Shown: one piece after another, positions 51,434 to 61,189 of the stretch
Layout of the letters: each line of letters begins with the position of its first letter
Position numbering within the stretch: position 1 is the first letter of the stretch
Sequence record: OK335775.1
From: Escherichia phage PSD2002
DNA length: 64,000 nt
Strand: one strand, 5' to 3'
Program-made: the position numbers and the translations under genes
Notes under the pieces: model-generated
Told to the model about the DNA's origin: nothing
The model's input: only the letters and a program-made list of their open reading frames with translations
The model's database searches: none

Positions 51434-51441
51434 TATTTATA
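51434..51441 (-). promoter_or_regulatory. Late promoter (TATAAATA on minus strand) for uvsW
   Basis: Plus-strand tatttata about 30 nt upstream of uvsW start codon. Confidence 0.5.
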
Positions 51442-51460
51442 CACCAACAAGAGACTAATT

Positions 51461-52132
51461 ATGGATACTCAATATATTGAAGAGCTTCGTGCACTCGAAG
51501 ATAAAAAAGAAGCTAAAGCTAAGTTAATCGAATACGGCGAACAGTTCGGTTTAAAACTTAAGAAAACCCGTTCGTTTGATAATTTGATTATCGATATCTC
51601 TGAAGGCCTTAAAGCCTTGGCTGACGAACCACTCCCAGAAACCGAAGGGTTGTCCATTTCTGATTTGATTGATGCTGCCGACGAACTTACAGGTGCTAAC
51701 GAATTTGTTGATGGTGCTGAACCAGCTAAAGAAGAAGCCACCCTGTTGTTCGATGCCCCTGAGGCTGCAGTAGAAGTCGTTGAGGTAGCCGAACTTCCTA
51801 AGGTAGAGATTATCGAAGAGGATGTTCCATTTGACGAAGAGAAATTCAAAGGGGCTATAGCCAAGGTTGTTGAATCTGAAAAACCTGTATTCTCTTTACC
51901 TGAAAACTTCAGTCCTAATCTTTTGCTTATCGGTAAGAACCCAGGTTATTGCACCGTTCCTTGGTGGATTTACCAATGGATTTCTGAGACTCCGGATTGG
52001 AAAGAACGTCCAACTGCTTTCCAACATCCTTCTGCCCACCAAACATTATTTAGTCTGATTTATTACATTAATCGTAATGGTTCAGTATTAGTACGTGAAA
52101 CTCGTAACTCATCTTTTGTCACTTTAAAATAA
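51461..52132 (+). CDS. inh: Probable Inh (prohead protease inhibitor) homologue
   Basis: 223 aa acidic protein in the T4 inh position between uvsW and hoc; identity by synteny only. Confidence 0.45.
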   Translation: MDTQYIEELRALEDKKEAKAKLIEYGEQFGLKLKKTRSFDNLIIDISEGLKALADEPLPETEGLSISDLIDAADELTGANEFVDGAEPAKEEATLLFDAPEAAVEVVEVAELPKVEIIEEDVPFDEEKFKGAIAKVVESEKPVFSLPENFSPNLLLIGKNPGYCTVPWWIYQWISETPDWKERPTAFQHPSAHQTLFSLIYYINRNGSVLVRETRNSSFVTLK

Positions 52133-52141
52133 GGGTTTATT

Positions 52142-52990
52142 ATGGCTTATACCGTAGATATGGCTCCTTTGGCGGCTACGGCCGTTATTGGAGCAACAAC
52201 CAATTTCACTGCGACCGGTTCCGGTGCTGCAGCTGAAGGTACCGAATCATTTGTCTGGACCGTTGATGGCGTTCCTCAATCTTCTGTGACTGCTGCAATG
52301 GATTATGTTGCTGTTGGCCCGGCAGGCAGCAAGACTATTAAAGTTGTTGCAACAACTACACCGGCGGACGGCGAACCAGAAACAGCTGAAGCCGAAACAA
52401 CTTTAACTATCCAGAATAAAACCATTTCCGGTGTTTCTGTGACATTAACCCCAGCTTCGATTAATGTTCCGGAAGGCACTCCAGCTTCTTTTAAAGCGGA
52501 TGTGGTCGGCGCTCCTGCTGGTGCTACTTTTGCCTATTCTTGGAAGAAAGACGGTTCTCCTGTAGTTGGCACCACGGATACTCTAGCAATCGATACAAGC
52601 ACTGAAGGTTCACAGGTTATTGAAGTTTCTGTTGTGGTTTCGGCGACTGATTATAACCCGGCGACTGTCACAAAAACCGGTAATGTAACAGTCACGGCTA
52701 AAGTCGCACCGGTTCCGGATGGCGAATTACCTTACGTTCATCCACTCCCTGTTCGTAATTCAGCATATATTTGGGTTGGTTGGTGGGTTATGGATGAAAT
52801 CCAGAAAATGACTCTTGAAGGCAAAGACTGGAAAACAGATGACCCGGATAGCCCGTATTATTTGCACCGATATACACTTCAAAAAATGATTACCGACTAT
52901 TCAGAGGTTGATGTACAAGAATCTCGTAATGGCCGAATTATTCATCGCACCGCTTTAGAAGCTGGTATTATATACGATTACATTTATTAA
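52142..52990 (+). CDS. hoc: Outer capsid protein Hoc (shortened, about two Ig-like domains plus capsid-binding C-terminus)
   Basis: 282 aa; Thr/Val-rich Ig-like repeats; C-terminus LPYVHPLP.R.SAYIW.GWWVMDEIQKMT.EGKDWKTDDPDS.YYLHRYTLQKM matches T4 Hoc capsid-binding domain. Confidence 0.8.
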   Translation: MAYTVDMAPLAATAVIGATTNFTATGSGAAAEGTESFVWTVDGVPQSSVTAAMDYVAVGPAGSKTIKVVATTTPADGEPETAEAETTLTIQNKTISGVSVTLTPASINVPEGTPASFKADVVGAPAGATFAYSWKKDGSPVVGTTDTLAIDTSTEGSQVIEVSVVVSATDYNPATVTKTGNVTVTAKVAPVPDGELPYVHPLPVRNSAYIWVGWWVMDEIQKMTLEGKDWKTDDPDSPYYLHRYTLQKMITDYSEVDVQESRNGRIIHRTALEAGIIYDYIY

Positions 52991-52993
52991 TAA

Positions 52994-53016
52994 TGGGCCT
53001 TGCGGCCCATTTTGCA
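52994..53016 (+). terminator. Rho-independent terminator after hoc
   Basis: atgggcc-ttgc-ggcccat followed by tttgcatt. Confidence 0.6.
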
Positions 53017-53044
53017 TTAAAGTACAAAATTCCTGTTTACAAGT

Positions 53045-53074
53045 TAAAAATTCTATGTTAAGATGGGTTTACCA
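53045..53074 (+). promoter_or_regulatory. T4-type early promoter
   Basis: gtttac + ~18 nt + taagat. Confidence 0.45.
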
Positions 53075-53093
53075 ACTCAACGAGAGAATTGTT

Positions 53094-53303
53094 ATGGATA
53101 AGGTTAAAGTACATTTTTTACACGAATCTGGGTTGAATTTTATAGAAATTGCTAAAAAAATGGGCGGGACCGCTAAGGACATGGCCAAAGCATGGGTTGA
53201 TGTAGAACAAGCCAAGGCCAAATTTAAAGCGAAAGAAAAGGTTGTTTATCGTAAAAGATTGAACAACAAGGTTCGGCGCAAAGCGCGTTCTAGTTCAAAG
53301 TAA
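53094..53303 (+). CDS. Hypothetical small basic protein, possible helix-turn-helix
   Basis: 69 aa from ATG downstream of promoter; SGLNFIEIAKKMGGTAKDMAKAW resembles an HTH; Lys/Arg-rich C-terminus. Confidence 0.4.
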   Translation: MDKVKVHFLHESGLNFIEIAKKMGGTAKDMAKAWVDVEQAKAKFKAKEKVVYRKRLNNKVRRKARSSSK

Positions 53304-53417
53304 TATGCTTTAAATTTAGGTGTGATATAATGGGTCTAGGTCCTTCCGTTAAACCATTTGGCTTGGTGACAGAAGACTACTAGCTCTTCTATTTAATTAT
53401 ATTTATTATGGTGATTT

Positions 53418-54425
53418 ATGTTCAAGAAATATAGCAGTCTCGAAAACCACTACAACAGTAAGTTTATCGAAAAACTCCGTACTAACGGTTTGACTGGTGG
53501 TGAATGGGTAGCACGTGAGAAGATTCATGGAACCAACTTTAGTTTAATCATAGAACGTGACGCAGTCACATGCGCCAAGCGCACTGGCCCTATCCTCCCT
53601 GCTGAAGATTTCTATGGTTATGAAATTTTACTTAAGAACTATGCTGATTCTATTAAATCTGTTCAACATCTAATCGAATCGATTAATTACCAGTCATATC
53701 AGATTTACGGCGAATTCGCTGGGCCAGGTATCCAGAAGAATGTGGACTATGGTGATAAAGACTTTTATGTGTTCGATATCCGAGTTACTAAAGAAGATGG
53801 CTCAGAATCTGTTCTAACCGATACATTGATGGAAGCCTTCTGTATTATCCATAAGTTTAAGGTAGCTCCATGTCTGGCCACTGGTAGCTTTGAAGACCTT
53901 ATTAAACTTCCTAATGATTTTGATTCAGTTGTTCCTGATTATAATTTTGCAGTGGATAACGCAGGCTTAACTATTGCAAACTCAACCGATTTTATTCCTA
54001 AGGTAGAAGGTAAGGTATTCACGGCTGAAGGCTTTGTATTGAAACCTGATGTTCCTACCTGGCTTCCAAACGGAAATCGTGTGGCGATTAAATGTAAGAA
54101 CTCTAAATTCAGCGAGAAGAAAAAGTCTGATAAGCCTATTAAAGTTGCAGTGGTATTGTCCCAAGACGATATGGATTTGATGTGGCAATTCACCGATTAT
54201 GTGACTGTTAACCGCATTAACAATGTCATCAGTAAGATTGGCGAAGTATCGCCGAAGGATTTCGGAAAGGTGATGGGCTTGACAGTCCAGGATATCCTTG
54301 AAGAAGCCGCCCGTGAAGAATTGGAATTAACTGATGCGGAAAATCCCGTTGAAGTTAAAAAGCAGCTCGTTGAGTGCGTAAAAGAAACATTAAGACATGT
54401 ATGGATTGAACTAGTATCCAAATAA
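53418..54425 (+). CDS. rnlB: RNA ligase 2
   Basis: 335 aa; [12 protein letters not shown]...[10 protein letters not shown] (ligase lysine motif KxHG) ...[13 protein letters not shown]... matches T4 Rnl2. Confidence 0.85.
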   Translation: MFKKYSSLENHYNSKFIEKLRTNGLTGGEWVAREKIHGTNFSLIIERDAVTCAKRTGPILPAEDFYGYEILLKNYADSIKSVQHLIESINYQSYQIYGEFAGPGIQKNVDYGDKDFYVFDIRVTKEDGSESVLTDTLMEAFCIIHKFKVAPCLATGSFEDLIKLPNDFDSVVPDYNFAVDNAGLTIANSTDFIPKVEGKVFTAEGFVLKPDVPTWLPNGNRVAIKCKNSKFSEKKKSDKPIKVAVVLSQDDMDLMWQFTDYVTVNRINNVISKIGEVSPKDFGKVMGLTVQDILEEAAREELELTDAENPVEVKKQLVECVKETLRHVWIELVSK

Positions 54426-54431
54426 ACGATA

Positions 54432-54459
54432 AAGGGACCTTACGGTCCCTTTTATTTTT
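54432..54459. terminator. Bidirectional rho-independent terminator between rnlB and gene 24 paralogue
   Basis: agggacc-ttac-ggtccct followed by TTTTATTTTT; U-rich on both strands. Confidence 0.7.
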
Positions 54460-55732
54460 CTAAAGGCGGTAATTTTACGCCGAGATAAGAACTCAATTGA
54501 CTTTGATTAGCCATTTTGTCCATATCAGAACCATCAATAATGCGGGCTTCTTTATCGTCCTTAGCGACGGTATAAGGGTTTGCAGACAATGCATAACGAG
54601 CAAGCAATGCTACTGTAGGTTGTAAGCTTTCCGGGTCAACAATAACCTTAAATTCACCAACTGAAGTATCACCTTCTTCGTCAACCACATTCAAACCTTC
54701 CGTATAAGGCGCATAATATAAAGATGCGACCGTCTGTCCTTCACCCATCTGGGCATTTACACCAACAATAACATAATCACATGGACTATTCATATCAGCA
54801 TAAAGTGGTAGGCCATTCTTTAATATACCATAAGCCAATTCGTCCTGGTCTTCCTTTTTCTCAACCCAACCAGAGGCGGCGAGAATAGCAGCACAACGAG
54901 AACTAGCTACTGCATAAGTCCCGGCAAAAGAAGTCTGTCGTTGGACGGCAGAGTTCATCTCACACATATAATAATATAATGTGCGAGCACGGTCCTGGGC
55001 ATTATCGTAGCGAGGGTTGGTAAGGTCTAATACACCCTTTTCAGAAACACCCTGGACTTTAAAACGAGAGCTCACGGTAATTAATGACTGTAATACATCC
55101 TTATTAATTTCTTCTGCCATTTGAATGCCTAGCAGATTTTCAACAAAATTAGGAGCATTAAACCCGTTAGATTCTAGGTCTTGGGCTAATTCGACTGTCA
55201 ATGAAGTTTTCAGTTTACGTGATTTAACTTCAGATTGCCATTTGTCGATACGGAATCCGGTTTCAGCAATTTCAGGATGGCCTTGTTCAAATTTAGAAGT
55301 AATAGCAGCATCCGACACCATACGGATATGGCCGGCTGCCACTGCTTCAGAAATAACTTCGCTGAGGTTGGTTTCTGTGGTTCCGGCGAAAGGAGATGCT
55401 TCTAGAACTTTAAACACTACGCTTTCAAACTGGAACATATCACCGACCGCATAAGCTGTAGATGAATCAGTAAATTCTGGAATATTTTCACGTTCCGTCA
55501 TACCAATCTGGCCCGCAAATGTTGCTCCACCAAGATAAGTCATTTTGTCGTCAGGATTCAGTACACGTACCCCATACAGAGCAGCAACCGGTTGATTTGT
55601 TTTTTGTTCAGCAACTAGGGCTTTAAAGATTCGTTTATTAGTTGCTTGGGTGTATGAAAGAAGAGCAGGACGGCCAACCGAGCTGGCAGCCGTCAATGTG
55701 GATTCTTTAATTAGGTCTACAATCTTAGACAT
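54452..55732 (-). CDS. Capsid vertex protein gp24 paralogue (second copy)
   Basis: 426 aa; about 50 percent identical along whole length to the adjacent gp24 (shared blocks SRKLKT.LTVELAQD.ESNGF.AP.F, INKDVLQSLITVS, YAPYTEGL, RYALSANPYTVAKDDKEAR.ID). Confidence 0.8.
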   Translation of the reverse strand: MSKIVDLIKESTLTAASSVGRPALLSYTQATNKRIFKALVAEQKTNQPVAALYGVRVLNPDDKMTYLGGATFAGQIGMTERENIPEFTDSSTAYAVGDMFQFESVVFKVLEASPFAGTTETNLSEVISEAVAAGHIRMVSDAAITSKFEQGHPEIAETGFRIDKWQSEVKSRKLKTSLTVELAQDLESNGFNAPNFVENLLGIQMAEEINKDVLQSLITVSSRFKVQGVSEKGVLDLTNPRYDNAQDRARTLYYYMCEMNSAVQRQTSFAGTYAVASSRCAAILAASGWVEKKEDQDELAYGILKNGLPLYADMNSPCDYVIVGVNAQMGEGQTVASLYYAPYTEGLNVVDEEGDTSVGEFKVIVDPESLQPTVALLARYALSANPYTVAKDDKEARIIDGSDMDKMANQSQLSSYLGVKLPPLEK

Positions 55733-57015
55733 TAATCAGCCTCGTAAATAATTGCCGGAAGTTTAACGCCAACCAGATAAGACATATTGCTCTGTCCAGC
55801 CATTAAATCCATATTGGTTGCATCGATAACACGAGCTTCTTTATCGTCTTTAGCCACGGTGTACGGGTTAGCTGATAGTGCATAACGAACCATCAGAGAA
55901 ATAGAAGGTTGTAATGAATCCGGGTCAACAATAACCTTATAAGCACCGACGTGTTCTTGGTCATCTAAATCTAAGCCTTCGGTATAGGGAGCGTAGAAAA
56001 TAGAACCGACAACTTCATTACCGCCGTAATTCTCTTTAACACCAACGGTAACATAATCTAATGGACTGTTAACGTCACAAAACAGAGGCAGACCATTCAA
56101 CAAATATCCGTATGCAGTTTCCGGAAGCCAATTATTATCTTCGGGTTTATGTTTTAACCAGCCAGAACCTGCAAGCATTGCAGCCACACGACTTGAAGCC
56201 ACAACAAACGTGCCAGAATAAGAAGTAGTTTTCTGGATTTCAGAATTCATCTCACAAACGAGTTCATAAAGTTTACGTGCAGATTCAGGAGCACTGTCAT
56301 AAGACAAATCGATGATGCCGTTATCAGATACACCAGTAACTTTATAACGTTTGGATACGGTTATTAGAGATTGCAGAACGTCTTTATTAATTTCATCTGC
56401 CATTACTGTAGCCAAGAGGTCTTCTAAGAACGCCGGCGCGTCAAAGCCATTTGATTCCATATCCTGCGCTAATTCTACAGTCAAAGCCGTCTTCAATTTA
56501 CGGGTCTTAACCGGAGCATTCCATTTATTAACCTGGAATACAGCATCAGAGATTTCTACATCACTCGCTTCAAATTTAGTGGTATGGGCAGCATCAGGAA
56601 CCAGACGACATGTTAATGACACTAAACCTTCTTGAAGAGCATCAGCCAATTCTGTGGCGCTAGTGGACGCGAGTGGGCTTGCTTTAAGAGCCTTATAAAC
56701 CACATTCTGGTACTTGAAATATTCACCCTGAGCAATCGCCTGGGCCTTATCTGTGAGTTCTGGGATAGTTTCACGGTCTTTAGAACCAACTTCACCACCA
56801 TAAGAGGCACCTGTCTGGAAACTAAATTCATTATCAGGGGTAAGATATTTGACACCATACAGTGCAGCAATAGGCTGGCTAGTACGTTGTTCGGCGATAA
56901 TATCACGGTAAATCAATTTGGTTGTAGCACGGGTCAAAGCAACAAGATTAGGGCGACCCAATGAGTTGCTGGAAGTAGTTGTTGACTCGCGCAGTAATTC
57001 GTTAATCTTTGCCAT
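55732..57015 (-). CDS. 24: Capsid vertex protein gp24
   Basis: 427 aa; MAKINELLRESTTT...GRPNLVALTRATTKLIY... matches T4 gp24; late promoter upstream. Confidence 0.9.
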   Translation of the reverse strand: MAKINELLRESTTTSSNSLGRPNLVALTRATTKLIYRDIIAEQRTSQPIAALYGVKYLTPDNEFSFQTGASYGGEVGSKDRETIPELTDKAQAIAQGEYFKYQNVVYKALKASPLASTSATELADALQEGLVSLTCRLVPDAAHTTKFEASDVEISDAVFQVNKWNAPVKTRKLKTALTVELAQDMESNGFDAPAFLEDLLATVMADEINKDVLQSLITVSKRYKVTGVSDNGIIDLSYDSAPESARKLYELVCEMNSEIQKTTSYSGTFVVASSRVAAMLAGSGWLKHKPEDNNWLPETAYGYLLNGLPLFCDVNSPLDYVTVGVKENYGGNEVVGSIFYAPYTEGLDLDDQEHVGAYKVIVDPDSLQPSISLMVRYALSANPYTVAKDDKEARVIDATNMDLMAGQSNMSYLVGVKLPAIIYEAD

Positions 57016-57043
57016 TGCGCTTTCCTTATTGAGGGTATATGTT

Positions 57044-57051
57044 TATTTATA
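57044..57051 (-). promoter_or_regulatory. Late promoter (TATAAATA on minus strand) for gene 24
   Basis: Plus-strand tatttata about 30 nt upstream of gene 24 start. Confidence 0.65.
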
Positions 57052-57057
57052 AAAGTT

Positions 57058-57087
57058 GTTTACAGCAAGATTCTCACATGTTACTAT
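57058..57087 (+). promoter_or_regulatory. T4-type early promoter
   Basis: gtttac + 17-18 nt + tactat then GAGGAG RBS. Confidence 0.55.
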
Positions 57088-57116
57088 AGACATATCAAAA
57101 CATGAGGAGATTAAAA

Positions 57117-57383
57117 ATGAACAAGTTAAACTTTATTCGTACTACTCTTTCCGCTCTTGATAAAGACATCAAAGCTCTGGTAGAAAAATTCGGTAACAAT
57201 CCTAATGGTAATGCAGTGAATGCCTTAGTTAAGAAATACGAAGCCATGGCTTATGCTACCGACTTCTGGTGGAACGGTGAATACTCTACCCATACCAAAG
57301 ACAAATCTGGTAACTGGCTGAAAATCCAAGAAAATCGTATTGACTTCCGTGATATCATCAACCGTCGAGTTAAGATTGCATAG
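57117..57383 (+). CDS. Hypothetical early protein inserted between late genes 23 and 24
   Basis: 88 aa from ATG after GAGGAG RBS; own early promoter and terminator; T4 has segD at this position. Confidence 0.5.
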   Translation: MNKLNFIRTTLSALDKDIKALVEKFGNNPNGNAVNALVKKYEAMAYATDFWWNGEYSTHTKDKSGNWLKIQENRIDFRDIINRRVKIA

Positions 57384-57398
57384 TACAGAAACAAGAAT

Positions 57399-57428
57399 GG
57401 GAGACCGAAGTCTCCCATAATAAGGTTA
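57399..57428. terminator. Bidirectional terminator (gene 23 and small early gene)
   Basis: gggagac-cgaa-gtctccc stem-loop with U-rich flanks on both strands. Confidence 0.7.
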
Positions 57429-57432
57429 TATC

Positions 57433-58992
57433 TTAGATACCTTTAACATATACACGACGGAAGTAACCATTCAGACCAAGGCTGTTAACGATGTCAGGCA
57501 TACCGCTCTGAATACGTTTGGTAGGAGCCTGTGCAGACGGGTCAGCGAACGGGTTGATACCGATACCGTAACGAGTTTTGAAGCCCATTACCGGTTGGAA
57601 GTTCTTCGGATCGGAACCACGCAGCGGGGTCAGTGCAACGTATGGAGCATAGTAGATACCTGCGTCCATTTCGTTAGCGCCTTTATAACCGATGGTGAAG
57701 TAATCGGAACGTGCATACTGGTCGATGTAAACGCGATATTTACCACCAAGAACACCGGCAAATACTGCTTTGGTTGTGTCAACGTTGAAACCTTGACCCA
57801 GACCTTGAGCTGCATAACTTACAGAAGTATCAACTGCAGCCAGTACGTTAACTACGTTACGGGAAGCGATGATGAAGTTACCAGCACCACGACCGGTCTG
57901 ACGAGCGATTTCGGCTGCTTCTTTATCAATCTGGAACAGAAGGGCTTTAAAGCTCTCACCGGCCCAACGAGCACCACGGATATCAATCGGGTCCTGGAAG
58001 TCAAACACACCAGCTTTAGCGCCAACGGTGTTGGTCATACCAGATTTACCAACCTGTGCAGAGTAGTTAATCCAATCGATAACTTCACGGTTGATTTCGA
58101 GCATAATTTCGGTAGCAAGGATACCGGACAGTTCAGCATCTGCATCCATACCGTGTACTGCACGAAGGTCCTGTGCCAGTTCGATAGAGTAGCTTGCTTT
58201 CAGCTGACGGGATTTAGCTTCGATAACTTGTTTGTCGATGCGGAAGCCCATTTCGTTCCACGGGTTATCGGTAGAACCGTTAAAGCCTTCCTGAAGTTCG
58301 GCGATAGAAGTAGCCATACCTTCAGCCAATTCAGCCAACTTACCAGCTTCAATCAAAGCGGTAACAGCAACATCCAGTTTAGCGGCATCAGTAGCAGCAG
58401 CATCAACGGTTACGGCTTCGACAGCCTGGAAGTGTGCAGCACCGGTAGCTTCGAAGAAGTGAGAATAAATTTTACCAACTTCCAGAACTTTGCTTGCAGC
58501 CAGTGCTTCGAAAGTTTCAGCAGCACCCTGACCAGAGAACATAGCGTCTGGAGAATACATCGGATGGAAAGCTTCTTTAGCGCCAGAAGCGATAGGGTCT
58601 TTACCATAAACTGCACGAAGGGCAAATACCTGGCCGGTAGGGTTATTCAGAGGCTGAACACCACAAATATCAAAAGCAATCAGATGAGGAATAGCACGAC
58701 GAACCATACCCATTACTGCCGGCCCAATCTGAGTTACAGCACCAGAAGTCTGGCCAGCTGCGATATTGGTAGCATCATAACCGTGGTCACCACCAATTTC
58801 AGCTTCGGTCAGGAAAGAACCAAATGCTTCAGAGATTTTTTCATCACGATATTCCGGAGCAGTCAGGATGTCTTGTTCCTGGTTTTCGAAAATTTTAGCG
58901 ATGATAGCTTGTTTAGAAGCACCCACGATTTCAGGAAGGGCTTCGTTTTCCAGCAGAGCGGACCATTTTTGAACTAATGCATTCTTTTTCAT
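57433..58992 (-). CDS. 23: Major capsid protein gp23
   Basis: 519 aa; near-identical blocks to T4 gp23 (EIGGDHGY, ATNIAAGQTSGAVTQIGPAVMGMVRRAIP, MGFKTRYGIGINPFA, FRRVYVKGI). Confidence 0.95.
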   Translation of the reverse strand: MKKNALVQKWSALLENEALPEIVGASKQAIIAKIFENQEQDILTAPEYRDEKISEAFGSFLTEAEIGGDHGYDATNIAAGQTSGAVTQIGPAVMGMVRRAIPHLIAFDICGVQPLNNPTGQVFALRAVYGKDPIASGAKEAFHPMYSPDAMFSGQGAAETFEALAASKVLEVGKIYSHFFEATGAAHFQAVEAVTVDAAATDAAKLDVAVTALIEAGKLAELAEGMATSIAELQEGFNGSTDNPWNEMGFRIDKQVIEAKSRQLKASYSIELAQDLRAVHGMDADAELSGILATEIMLEINREVIDWINYSAQVGKSGMTNTVGAKAGVFDFQDPIDIRGARWAGESFKALLFQIDKEAAEIARQTGRGAGNFIIASRNVVNVLAAVDTSVSYAAQGLGQGFNVDTTKAVFAGVLGGKYRVYIDQYARSDYFTIGYKGANEMDAGIYYAPYVALTPLRGSDPKNFQPVMGFKTRYGIGINPFADPSAQAPTKRIQSGMPDIVNSLGLNGYFRRVYVKGI

Positions 58993-59013
58993 GTGTTGTA
59001 TAACCTTATTAAA

Positions 59014-59829
59014 TTAAGAAATTCGTGATGCTGCGATTGCAGACAGGTCCGCGAAGGACAGGGTAGGCTTAGCGCCTTTTTCTTCAACTGCTTCTGAAAT
59101 GTAATTCAGTGCCGCAGCATCGTCTACATTTTTATTTATAGCGGCTTCGGTGATTGGGTTTCCAACGTCAGACTGACCTTTAACCATTTCAACAATAGCG
59201 CCAATTTTTTTACCGAATGCATCGGAATAATCCATGCCTTCTACCAGAGAACTGACTTTTTCTTTTTGAGATTCGGTCAGGTCTTTAGTTGCTTCCGTAA
59301 CAGCAACTTCACGCTGTACGTAATTAATATACGCATCGCGCATACCAACTTCTTCGAACAGACGAGCGGTTTCATCTTTCTGCTCTTGGAGCTCTTCTTC
59401 CATTTCAGCAACAACATCTACTGCTTCTTCTGGAACAACCACATTGTGTTCAACAAACAGTTCTTTCATACCCATCAACATGGATTCGAAAAGTTCGGCT
59501 TTAATACCTTTATCAACAGCCAGCTGGTTTTCAGCCATCCATTCTTTAGCAACGTGGTCAAGGAAACGACCTGCAGCTTCTTGGATTTTCTTATCGGCTT
59601 TTTCTTCAGCTTCTTCTTTATTTTTCTCGACTTCTTCTTCCGCTTTTTCAGCGATTTTAGCGATGTGAGATTCAGCCAGTTTCACGGCGTGTTGCTTGAC
59701 GGTAGCTTCGAATACAGTGCCGAAAGTTTCTTTTGCTTCCGGAGAAATATTAACTGATTCGAAAATACTATCAAGAGCAACGGAAGCATCAATATTCTGT
59801 GCTTCGGCAATCAGTTGTTCTTTAAGCAT
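59014..59829 (-). CDS. 22: Prohead core scaffold protein gp22
   Basis: 271 aa acidic coiled-coil protein (T4 269 aa), position between 21 and 23. Confidence 0.85.
   Translation of the reverse strand: MLKEQLIAEAQNIDASVALDSIFESVNISPEAKETFGTVFEATVKQHAVKLAESHIAKIAEKAEEEVEKNKEEAEEKADKKIQEAAGRFLDHVAKEWMAENQLAVDKGIKAELFESMLMGMKELFVEHNVVVPEEAVDVVAEMEEELQEQKDETARLFEEVGMRDAYINYVQREVAVTEATKDLTESQKEKVSSLVEGMDYSDAFGKKIGAIVEMVKGQSDVGNPITEAAINKNVDDAAALNYISEAVEEKGAKPTLSFADLSAIAASRIS
59133..59140 (-). promoter_or_regulatory. Possible late promoter for gene 23 inside 3' end of gene 22
   Basis: Plus-strand tatttata (minus TATAAATA) about 140 nt upstream of gene 23 start. Confidence 0.4.
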
Positions 59830-59856
59830 TTTGTAGTCCTGTTGTTTAGATAATAA

Positions 59857-59864
59857 TATTTATA
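59857..59864 (-). promoter_or_regulatory. Late promoter for gene 22
   Basis: Minus-strand TATAAATA about 28 nt upstream of gene 22 ATG. Confidence 0.6.
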
Positions 59865-60495
59865 ACGCTTTTTTCATGGCCTCTGCGAGAGCCATAAAGG
59901 CGTCATCGGCACTGGTATCGGTATCTACCGTTTGTGATTCTGTAATTTGCTTTGGAGTTACATAAGCATCAGGAGCAGATGGTCCCCATACTGCATCAAC
60001 ACCGACGGTTAATTTATAACCTTCGTTTACACGCTTATATCCTTTGTTGGTTTCGGTTAAAGAACCAAGACCACGAGAACTAACACCAGGAACCCAACCA
60101 GCACGGATATTTGCAGCTAGTTTATCACCCGGACCATGGTCACCTTCGATGATACGTGCACGTCCATAAACATCATTACCTTTCCACCACATATCTTCAA
60201 TAATGATAGCGGCTTGCATAGGGTCAACGTTAGCACGAGGTGGATGGTTTAATTCTCCTAAAGCTTGTTTAGTAGCAACCTGTTCTGCCATATAATCAGA
60301 AACGGCTTTTTCCAAAATAGGTTTTGGGTAAAGGCGTTTATTACGGTTAACTACCTCTGCTTGCATGAAAATGCCTTCTATATAAAGGCCGGGAGCAAGC
60401 CCAGAATTTTTTCCATCATGAGATTCCAACATAGGAACCCCATCGATAATTTCACCTGGTTGTCCCCAATGTTCGATGAGCAATTCAGGTTTCAT
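59860..60495 (-). CDS. 21: Prohead core protease gp21
   Basis: 211 aa; near-identical to T4 gp21 (GEIIDGVPMLESHDGK, GLYIEGIFMQAEVVNRNKRLYP, ELNHPPRANVDPMQAAIIIEDMWWKGNDVYGRARIIEGDHGPGDKLAANIRAGW). Confidence 0.9.
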   Translation of the reverse strand: MKPELLIEHWGQPGEIIDGVPMLESHDGKNSGLAPGLYIEGIFMQAEVVNRNKRLYPKPILEKAVSDYMAEQVATKQALGELNHPPRANVDPMQAAIIIEDMWWKGNDVYGRARIIEGDHGPGDKLAANIRAGWVPGVSSRGLGSLTETNKGYKRVNEGYKLTVGVDAVWGPSAPDAYVTPKQITESQTVDTDTSADDAFMALAEAMKKAL

Positions 60496-60923
60496 TAGTT
60501 AAGTCCAAAAGCTTTACGTTTAGAACGGGCTTTCTTACGCTTACGTTCGGCACGTACTTGAGTAGACGGGTTAGCACGTTTGGTTTTAGATGCTTTACGA
60601 GCAATCTGACGGCGTTTTGCTTTAGATAAACCTGTCGTTTGGAATGCGTTACGTTGACGGGTTTTAATATCTTTAGTACGAGTAAGCTCACCTTTAGAGG
60701 AAACGTGTTTAACGATAAATTCGTTAAGAGCCATTGATTCATTTAAAGAACCAAGAGCGATAGCACAATCGATATCGCCTTCAGCAATCATGTTCTCTAC
60801 AAGATTATTTATATCGCTTTTCTCGAGCGCTTCAGAAAGAGCAGCAAAACGTCCCTGTGCTTCTGGAATTTTGGCCTCTACGCTTTCTAGAGTTAATTCG
60901 TAATCATCAGGGATAAGGAACAT
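60495..60923 (-). CDS. 68: Prohead core protein gp68
   Basis: 142 aa (T4 141 aa), basic C-terminus, position between 67 and 21. Confidence 0.7.
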   Translation of the reverse strand: MFLIPDDYELTLESVEAKIPEAQGRFAALSEALEKSDINNLVENMIAEGDIDCAIALGSLNESMALNEFIVKHVSSKGELTRTKDIKTRQRNAFQTTGLSKAKRRQIARKASKTKRANPSTQVRAERKRKKARSKRKAFGLN

Positions 60924-61189
60924 TATTCATCGTCCTCGTCTTTGCCATCATCACCTTCGTCCGCATCGTCAGATTCTTTTTTGTCTTTCTTATCTGCTTT
61001 ATCGGATTTTTTGTCATCTTCGTCTTCGTCATCTTCGTCGGCTTCTTCGCCTTCAATCATAACGGAGCGAGCAATTTCTGCTTTACGGGCTTCAATCAAA
61101 GCGGCTACTCGAGATTCGATAAGCGGGGCTGCTGCTTTACGAACTGCTACGAGGTCGTTTGATTTAATAGCTTCGATTAAATCTTCCAT
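60923..61189 (-). CDS. 67: Prohead core protein gp67
   Basis: 88 aa with highly acidic C-terminus, position after gene 20. Confidence 0.65.
   Translation of the reverse strand: MEDLIEAIKSNDLVAVRKAAAPLIESRVAALIEARKAEIARSVMIEGEEADEDDEDEDDKKSDKADKKDKKESDDADEGDDGKDEDDE

Noticed and set aside
57595-58977. 460-aa plus-strand ORF antisense to gene 23
   Set aside because: The minus-strand frame encodes an unmistakable major capsid protein; the antisense ORF is Cys/Phe-rich low-complexity and lacks a start context.
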